Positions 54,781 through 64,000 of a stretch of 64,000 nt of DNA are shown piece by piece (the first letter of the stretch is position 1; each line of letters starts with the position of its first letter). A program made the translations under genes and the position numbers. The DNA is from the human T2T-CHM13v2.0 reference genome, Homo sapiens. Where the stretch lies: NCBI RefSeq assembly GCF_009914755.1, contig NC_060937.1, one strand, 5' to 3'. The notes beneath the pieces were generated by a model. The model was given only the letters and a program-made list of their open reading frames with translations. It did no database searches and had not been told where the DNA came from.

Positions 54781-54863
54781 TATTAGGTTGGTGCAAAAGA
54801 ATCGTGGTTTTTCCCATTACTTTTCATGGCAAAAACTGCAATTACTTTTGCATCAACCTAATA
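54781..54863. mobile_element. MADE1 (Hsmar1-derived MITE), palindromic
   Basis: TATTAGGTTGGTGCAAAAG...ACTTTTGCATCAACCTAATA: terminal inverted repeats with TA flanks, ~80 bp. Confidence 0.92.
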
Positions 54864-55081
54864 TATTGTAAGCCCTAGAGCCATCGCTAATAAAATAACT
54901 AAATAGATGTAGTTAAAAAACAAGTGAAGGAATGGCAAAAGAAGGCAGTAAAGGAGGAAGAGGTGAACAAAAAAGATATGAAAGATACAGAAAACGAAAA
55001 GCAAAATATCAGATGTAAATCCAACCATATCAATAATAGCATTAAATGTAAATGGATTAAACAGTCCAATAAAAAATCAGA

Positions 55082-55385
55082 GACAGGTGCAGTGGCTCCG
55101 TAATTTCAGCTCTTTGAGAGGCTGGGATGGATGGATCACTTGAGCACAGGAGTTTGAGACCAGCCTGGGCAACATGGCAAAACTCCATCTCTACAAAAAA
55201 TAGAAAAATTAGCTGGATATAGTGGCACATTCCTGTAGTCCCAGATACTGAGGAGGCTTAGGTGGAAGGATCACCTGAGCCCATAGAGATTGAAGCCGCA
55301 GTGAGCTGTGACCACACCACTGTGCTCCAGACTGGACAACAGAGTGAGACTCTGTCAAAAAAAAAGAAAAGAAAAGAAAAAAAAA
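55082..55385 (+). mobile_element. Alu (AluJ-like) within L1M
   Basis: GGATCACTTGAGCACAGGAGTTTGAGACC...; flanks AAAAAATCAGAGAC on both sides. Confidence 0.9.
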
Positions 55386-55834
55386 TCAGAGACTGTCGAC
55401 TGAATTAAAATAAAAATAAGATCCAACTCTGTGCTCTCTACATACAACCAGATGCTGTTAACTATGTGTTTTGACCCAGTTTAGGTTCAAAGATACAGAT
55501 AGGTTGAAAATAAAAAGATAAAAAAAGATATGCACACAAACAGCAACCATAAAAGACCTAGAGATGGCTACAATAATATCAGATAAAATAGACTTTTACA
55601 CTAAATAAAGCCACTACATACAAAGAGAAACACTTTATAATCAAAAAAGATTAGCTTATAGGGGAGTTATAACAATTATAAATATATTTGCACCTAACAA
55701 CAAAGCCCAATGTCCATAAAGCGAAAACAGATAGAATTGAAAAAAGAAATATTAAATTATCCAATAATAGTTGGAAACTTCAATACCCCGCTTTCAATAA
55801 TGAAGACAATAACTAGATGTAAGATTGACAAGGA

Positions 55835-55975
55835 CATATGCTCCTCAATTTACAAGGGTGTTGCATCCTGACAAACCCATCATAAATTGAGGAGTGTATT
55901 TTATATGTATCATTTTTGCACCACTGTAAAGTCAAAAAATCATAAGTCAAACCATCATAAGTCAGGGCACATCTG
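55835..55975. mobile_element. Tigger-family MITE (MER47-like) within L1M
   Basis: ATGCTCCTCAATTTACAAGGG...CCATCATAAGTCAGGGCACATCTG; imperfect terminal inverted repeats. Confidence 0.65.
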
Positions 55976-56509
55976 TAAATAGAAGACTCAAACAACACTA
56001 TAAACCAACCAGACCTAATACACATCTGCAGAACACTCCCAAGAACAGCAAAATTTCTTAGTGCACATGGAACATTCTCCAGGATAAACCATATGTCAGG
56101 CCATAACACAAGCCTCAATAAATTTAAAAGGATTAAAATAATACAAAGATTTTTTGACACAATGGAATTAAAAATCTTTCTACAGTTGACAAACTGAACA
56201 GCAAATACTTTGGATGATAGGCAAGATTCATAAATGATATAGAAACCATGCCATGTGACTTGAAAGAACTGAGGCTAGTGTACCCAACTAAGGAGTCTAA
56301 TTTGGATGGTAGAGATGGGGATGAAGTAGGATATAATAGTTTCCTCTAAGAAGCCTGTCGTTTATAGCAAGGAGAATATTAATATGTATACATGACCTTC
56401 CAGAGGACACAAGTAAGATAATTGGGTGGAAGTTACAGCACAAAATAAGGAAGAATATTATAACTGTACTTTTCAGTTCAGTAAGATATAGGCAGTATTG
56501 TACTTCCCT

Positions 56510-56635
56510 TTTTAAAAAAACAAGGTCTCATTATGTTGCCCAGGCCTGACACAAACTCCTGGGTTTAAGGGATCCTCCCACCTCAGCCTCCCAAGTAGTT
56601 GAGAGTGACTAGAGTCACATGCCACTGTGCCTGGC
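56510..56635 (-). mobile_element. Alu monomer (FLAM-like)
   Basis: GGTCTCATTATGTTGCCCAGGC...GATCCTCCCACCTCAGCCTCCCAAG...CCACTGTGCCTGGC. Confidence 0.8.
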
Positions 56636-56700
56636 TCTACTTTCATATATTGTGTTCCTTAAATTGGATTTTTAAAGTCCTATGTAGAAAAGCCAAACAA

Positions 56701-57020
56701 GGCCAGGTGTGGGGGCTCACTCATATAATCCCAATACTTTGATTGGCTGAGGCAGGAGGTTAGCTTGAGCCCAGGGGTTTGAGACCCGCCTGAGCAACAT
56801 GGTGAGATCTTGTCTCTAAAAAAATGAAAACCTTAGCCAGGCATAGTGGTGCACACCTGTGGTCCCAGCTATTCAGTAGGCTAAGGTGGAAGGATCACTT
56901 GAGCCCAGAAGGTTGAGGCTGCAGTGAGCGATATTGTCACCACTGCACTCCAGCCTGGGTTACAGAGTGAGATTCTGTCAAAAAAAAAAAAAAAAAGAAT
57001 AGAAAAGAAAAGAAAAAGAA
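56701..57020 (+). mobile_element. Alu (AluJ-like)
   Basis: Full dimer with A/GAAAA tail; TSD GAAAAG(C/T)CAAACA. Confidence 0.92.
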
Positions 57021-60000
57021 AAGTCAAACAGTGGTTTTTAATAGCTGTTCTTCTAGCAAGGATAAGTTTAATTCCTGCAATATGTCTTTTCTCAAAAAGT
57101 CAAGGAGAAGCCTTAATAACTGGAGCAGCTTGGTGTGCAGGCACCTCTACCGCTCCCAGGACTGGAGCTAGAACTTAGATATTGAATCAGGACATCTCAT
57201 GTCTTTCTCAACAAAATAATGCTCCCTTCCCCCAAACAAATTTACCAAACTCTAAATATATTATTGCACAACTTCCTTATGGTTTGGAAGGAACTTTTTC
57301 CTAACTTTATCAAATCTAAAGAACCATGAAGCAACTCTTTCTCCTAAGTCTATGCTTCAGTCATAAGCACTGTGAATTACGCAAATAGCTTAGTTAGATA
57401 TGTAGATGAGTTAAAAATAGAATCTGCAAAACAAAATGCAGATTGTACAAAAATTAAGGATATGATCACCAGTCCAGGATCACCTCCAATAGGTTATCTC
57501 ATAAGCTGTGAACATTGCCACTTAAAGTGATTCACTCAGGGCCTAAGGAACCTTCTGTAGGAGAAATTGAGGAAGTGCTTATACTCTGTATGATTTCATA
57601 TACACATACAAAAAAGTGGACTGAAAAATATAAATCTATTTTGCCAGATGTTCTTAACATTTATATTTATCTGCATTAAAACAATGTTTTTGTTACTGGA
57701 GAGTGGAATTTTCAATAAGATTTTAATAAGAAAAATTATTTCATTTGCTATATTCTCTCAGAACATAAATTACACTGTAGCAGTAAGTTAGACTTTCTTT
57801 CATACTCTGGAAGTACATTTTAGCATATTATTCTTCCAGTAAACTACCTGATATCTATAGAGTGCTGAAGAAGTTAGCAGCCAGATTATTTGGTTTACCT
57901 ACAAGAGATTAATTTGCATATCAGCAAGGTCTGCATAAATCTGGGTGCAGTATCTTTCAGTCTTTTCTCTGTTTTGTAACACTTGACCCATCAACTTAGA
58001 TAGTACCTTGCCTGAAGTACAAAAATGAGGAAGACATGTATATTATCTCTTTTAATGATAGGCAAATGAGGAATCAACTCTTACAGGTGTCTGGGAGATT
58101 TCAGACTATGTATTTATAATCTTATTTAATATTATATAACCAAATATTTTTATGCCTTTCCACTAATTTTCTACCAAATGCTTAAAGAGAGTCTATTTAG
58201 AATAAAAACCACTTGAATGGATTATTTATATTAAGAGCTTACTAAACATTCTTTGTAATATTGGCTATTATTTTTTACCTTGAATGTGTTGCTTAAATTT
58301 GGACTTTTTCTCAAACACTATTGGTATTTTAGTGGCAAAATTATTTAATGGTAGATGTTTAACATTGGAGATCTTAGCATATATTGATTTGCACAAAAAT
58401 TCTATTCTTTAAAGGTCATATGTATCAAATTTCATAAAGGAAATGCATTGGAGATGCTTAGTAGACATTTTCTTAGGCACTAAGTATTACTTGCTTATAA
58501 GGATATTTTACTGTTTATGTATAGGTTAAATACTTCACTTGTAATGTCCATCTTGTAAAGAAAGTCCTCTCTGTGTTGAAAATCTCTCATTGCTAATCTT
58601 GTTTTTTTATATGTCCAGTAAGAGTTACCAATATATCTTTCATGAGCTATGGCAAATCATTGATAATTACTGTTCAATTTATTCCTCCCTAGGCAAATGG
58701 GTTCCTTTGTAGTACCTAGGACAAGGGATCCACAGGCAGGAGTCCTCTGGCATTGATGACTGATGGAATAAGCCATAGTGACACATAGCTACTATACCAC
58801 ATGAGAGCATCATGATTTGTTTATTTTAGAACTGGTTGTAGCAATATTAGAGGATGAAATGATTTTCTTAAAGCACTAGGAGAGTGGGGACTACATCATC
58901 AGGATAACTTAAAGAAAAGCTGCTCAAAAACAAAGTGCCCCAGTCTCTTTAATAAATTGTATTCTCTCCTTGACTATTTAATTTATGCAAATGCACAATG
59001 AAAATATTTTTGCTTCATATCTGAATCTTCATAAGAAAATGTATATTTAAAAATACTAAAATCATATTTTTCAGTTATCTACATTAAATCTTTTATTCAT
59101 GTTATAGTTTAATTACATGATATCTGTCTTCACCAATGGAAATGTAATGTGCTAAATGCTCCATTAATTTTTTCCCCTTATACCTTATGCTCAGTTATGC
59201 CTGGTACAAACGACATATACTTTTCTGATATTATTGATGAGGTGTTCATGACCTTTCTGTTGAGATTTGTGTGGTGGTGCTGTTTAAAGAAAGAGTACTT
59301 AGTGGAATTTGTGTGACCACACCAGGCAATTGAAGAATAGGTATTATTTCTGGCCTTGGTTCTATAACCCAAGTTAATTATAATCACTTTAAGAAGAAAA
59401 CAGTCTTGCTATAGCAAGCTGTTTTGGGTTTTCTTTTTCTAAATGAGAGAAAATTGATGTGATGCTTTTTACATTGCATTTTACAGCAAAGCATAAGATC
59501 TGTTTACCTGGTTGAAATTCAAATTGTTTTATTATGGTGTCAATTCTTTGGTTTTGGCAGCACTTCTAAAGTGTCTATTCACAAAAAGACTCCCATAGTG
59601 AATGAATGCTAGTGTTGACACCACCTAACAAGCAGGGATTATGTGTTTACAGAAGAAGTAATATGATAGGTCAAGTATAAGAGGCACTTCTCAAGAGCAC
59701 TTCAGCACATAATGAGTGACTGACTAGAAAGTGCGGAGCTGCCACTCTTTGGCTTGGAGTCCGTGTTGATGCCTGCCTCTCTTCTCCAAAGCTCTCTTGA
59801 TCATGTTCAGCTGCTCTGTTCTCATGTGGGGAATAATAGTAGAGTAAAGCTGCTTTTCTGTCTCATTTTTCTTGCTAATTTACACATTCAAGCCATTTTT
59901 TGTTTGCTACCCTTATTTGCTATTCCCTTTTGTCCAGGCACTGTTCTCTTTTTTGCCTCAGGCCTAAGAACTAATTTGAGCTTCTATAATTACTTCATGT

Positions 60001-63000
60001 TTTACACCTGTCTGCGTATCATGCACCCGCTTGTCTCTGTACTTAAGCTGTATATTTCCTTGCAGAAAAGCTAGTTTTCATATACAAGGACTCCTAAGTT
60101 TCTCCCCTCAGACTGCCTACAGAAGAAACACAATTAAACTGTTGCGATATCCTCAGCCATGCAGCTGACCTTTGCAGTTCATGAAGGACAAATGAACGCT
60201 GTCTGCTCAGACAGTTTGTGTTAAGACATTGTTGAGCAGAGAGCCTGAGCTTTGTTCCTCATGAATGAAGCAATGGTTGTAGTCATTTTAAAATCATTAA
60301 GACTCTGAATGCACAGTCTCATTCTACAGTGTTTGCTCTACAGCTGCTCTTCTGCTTTAATAGCAGCTTATTAAATTTGGGTCAAGCGTACTCTGAAGAG
60401 TATCACAATGAAGAAACTGTTCTAAAAGTTACCTGTTTAAAAAAAGGCAATTGATTAGATTTTTAACTTAAGTGACAGCTGCAATTCATTGCCTATTCTT
60501 TGTGATGTCCTGCAGCCCAAGCAGCCTTTTGTAATTTGGGCTTCATTTTGCAAGAGCTTTCCTGAACAATCCAGGGTTGCTTTCCACTCGGAGCCTGCTT
60601 CAATCCAATTAGGAGTTTAACAAGGGTCAAATTAAAGAGACTTTACACTTCATGTTTGCATCATTAGCCATAAGACTGTTATGTGAGTGCATGACTGTGT
60701 GTCAGGGAAGAGGGGGAAAGGCTGCAGGATGGGACAGACACAAAGCTGTCATCCACCGTGTGGTGTGCTCCTTTACTGATGGAGGCTCAGCAGGCTAGCA
60801 ACAACATTTCCAGTTGTCTTTTGGGGTTGCTGCCTTGTCAAATCAGCTGGTATATAGTTGTTTGGAGGTTACAGGTGCTAGCTGGGGCTGATAAAGAAGA
60901 GTGTTTTTTGCCTACTCTTTTCTCTTCTGGTAGTCTGTTGTGATTGGACAAACGACTGGGAAGACATGAAGTTGAAACCTCTTGAGCATTCATTATTTTT
61001 GATGAGATGACAACTATCTAGGTTCATGTTCTCACTCCTCGTGCTCTTTCCTGGCTCTTTTTTTTTTTTTTTTGAAAACATAATTGTTGGTTCTGTAAAA
61101 TATTATCATAGGAAATGGAAACTAATTTTTAGGAGAATAGTTAGAGGCTTTGCAAAGACCAGTTACCTGTTATTCAGGAAAACAGAGTTCACTATAGTAT
61201 TTTCAGAATTGTGTTACGTAGAATAGCATTTTGCTCCACTTTGTCCATACCATCAAGATATATTTATATTTAGCCATATTATGTCACTGTTTAAAGAAAA
61301 TGACCTGTTTCTAAAAAGAAGAGACAATAGAATTCTGCTAATCAGCAGTTCCATGCGTGGGATATCGCTAGAGAACTGTTGCTGTGCCCCTTGAGCAAAG
61401 CTTTGTGCTGCTACACACAAAGTAAAGATTTATCTAAAATAACACTTTCATTGTTCCTTTCTTACCTCCTCAACCCATTAATAGGTACTTTAGTATCATG
61501 AGAGTTTTCATAGTTTAATCCCCTTTCAAAAGCTTTTCAGAATAAAAGCTCTAAATGGTCCTCAGTATTAATTTGATGTGACTTCTGTACAATATGGTTT
61601 AAAACTCTCAGAAGCACATTTTTACTGCTTACCCTTTTTCATCAGAGCAACGTGTGGAAAATACCAGCTAAATGTTTAGTGGAGTCTCTATTGTGAGCCA
61701 CTGTTGTTGCTTTCTGATAACATAGATTTTCAATTAAAAAATTATTGTCATTGTGATATATATGACTGTTAATCCTCAAGAATATTTGGGCTCTCCATTT
61801 TTAAAAATGTAAATGTCTTCTTGTTATTTTTCAAAGCTGTAGTTTTATAAAGTCTCTGATTTGCAAAGAATTGAGAGTGAGTAATAAAGTCAGCCTGGTA
61901 AATAGTAATCAGGCTTGATTATATGCACTCAGTTACATCTTTGTTTATATGTAGACCACAGTAGCTTCAAACACAAGAGCTTCCAGCACTAATAAATAAC
62001 CTACCTCACCTTTTTTATGTGATGCTTTTGAATACACATTTATCTTTCTTAAAACAGTTAATATATGGTAAATGTAATTCTTGCTGTCTGTAAAGCATTT
62101 GATGATGGAACTATACATTCCATGCCAAGTTCCATTTCCTCGACTCCTCCTACAACTGCAAAGCCTCCAATATGACGGGGGCGGGGAACCCCTATTAATC
62201 CTTTTAAATTCCAGATCCCCTCTCTGATTTTTTTCCACATTGTCAGAGGGGATGTATGTATGTGTGTGTGCATACATGTGTATATACACACGTGAACATC
62301 CTTCCACAGAGAAAAAGGTATTTATTTCTAAAAATATTTTTGAAGCACCTGCTAGTGCTAGGGACTGAGCCAGTGAAACAGCAGAGAGAGCTCAAACAAT
62401 ACCACCTTGCCTGCCGGGGCTTTAGTGGAGTGGAGAGATGGACAGAAATCACAGGAAACAATGTAAACTTACGACTGTGAATGTGCTCTTATTGGGGAAT
62501 GTGATCTGGTCAGCAAGTTCAGAGACAGTTTTCCTAAGCAAGTGACCTTAGGCTAACCTTTTGAAAACATCATGCTATAAAAAATTTTTGTTTATTTTCT
62601 TTCCAAAGAACTGAAAATATTTCTGCATATGCTTCGAACTCAACAAATTTACAAACATAATGAAATTTGTGCTGGTAATATATTAGGTAAAAGAACATGT
62701 AGAAAAGGGCATCTGGAAGGAGATATAAATAATTATAATTTCTAAGGAAAGTTTTAGGCTTAGTTTTAAGTTAAATTTATGGACAGGAATGAGCAAGTGA
62801 CTTCTAAAACTATTCCTTTTTCTTCATTATATTTTCCCTGGGTTTTTTTTTTTCTTTTCTTTCTTCCACAAAGTTTTTTCCATGATTTATCTGCTTACCA
62901 TGTGGAAGCAGATTGGAATCTTCCACTAGTGAATGAACAGTGTGCTGGGACCAGATCCTCTGGGGGTTTGTGGGTCTGTACATTCAGTGACCTCACTATG

Positions 63001-63689
63001 GTAGCTTGAAATCTGCTTATGACAGTAGGATCTATACAACAGAAATTGGTAAACCCTGCAAATTCTCCTCCCCTCCCTGCACCAGCTTGTTTAGCAGCAC
63101 ATCCGTGCTTATGTCTGATACAGTACGTGGGATTTGGGCCTGCAAATAGATTTGGGAAAAAGAGTCCATAACACAGCTTCCCTCCATAGCTCCAAAGGAG
63201 CTATAAATGGAAACTAGAAAGCTTAAAATCAAGTTTTGGATTTTTTTTATTAATTAAGTTTTATGAGTTTTAAAATTTAGCCAATTATATCATTTATCTT
63301 TTAAGATAATAGCCACAACTCCTCCCCATGGATTAAGTGATGATTACTTTTTTAAATGATTGTCTTTTGCATGTAAATGTTTACTAGTTTCCAGTGTAAT
63401 CACAGGCAATATAAATTCGAAGGTATATTTTTAAACTGCACACTAATGACCTTTATCAATCAGTCTTTATTTTTTTCCTTATAATGAATTAAATGTTGTT
63501 GTGCTTTCAAAACCAATGTACTCATTGGTTTTTTCTAATATAAAAGTAATACTTGCTAAATACTTAAATATTATAGTGTAGTCAATATATAATAGTATAA
63601 AAAATAAAATTAAAATTACTGATAATCAAACAGCCCAGAGATAAGAATTTAAAATACTATACATTTTCAATGTATCTGTCTACATATAG

Positions 63690-64000
63690 GTAGATATATA
63701 ATTTTTATAGATCATAGTATAAAGATTATTTTGTAACCCACATTATTCACACAAAAATATAATATGAACATATTTCTATATCAATAAGTATTGATCTACA
63801 TTATTTCTTTTAGTAGCTACATAACAGTTCATTGTATGAATACCATATATTAATAATAACTAATCACCTACAGGTAAACATTTTTTGATATTTTCTCTAT
63901 TTTAAATACTGTATAATTTTGTAAATACTCTTTTGTATACTTGTTCATTTACCAGGATACATTTCTTAAGGTAGCATTGCTGGTATTGAGAATTCATGGT
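63690..64000 (-). mobile_element. Old L1M (L1ME-like) fragment
   Basis: GTAGCTACATAACAGTTCATTGTATGAATACCAT...AGGTAAACATTTTT...; degenerate. Confidence 0.5.

Larger units (their letters stand above)
54864..56170 (+). mobile_element. Old L1M ORF2 (endonuclease region) fragment with nested insertions
   Basis: AATGTAAATGGATTAAAC...ATATCAGATAAAATAGACTTT...TGCACCTAACAACAAAGC...GGAACATTCTCCAGGATAAACCATATG. Confidence 0.8.

Overview
Primate (human-like) genomic DNA matching the NBEA (neurobeachin) locus. Two NBEA coding exons lie on the + strand (12452-12595 and 32766-32902). The intronless developmental gene MAB21L1 (cGAS/Mab-21 nucleotidyltransferase fold, 359 aa) is nested antisense in the following intron (CDS 36504-35425), with a (CAG)13 5'UTR repeat, CpG islands and a probably bidirectional TATA promoter. 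The rest is intronic, with Alu, L1, L2, MIR, LTR and DNA-transposon relics and a ~25 kb Alu-free zone around MAB21L1. The main unexpected signal, found by manual reading and not by any search, is a decayed multi-exon gene on the minus strand at ~1.2-11 kb. It is a chain of largely phase-compatible AG/GT-bounded exons whose reconstructed translation resembles one or two TIR domains followed by a STING-like cyclic-dinucleotide-binding domain. It lies co-oriented ~25 kb downstream of the cGAS-like MAB21L1, reminiscent of a CBASS-like cyclase/TIR-STING pairing. Repeat subfamily calls are by eye and coordinates of old repeats are approximate.
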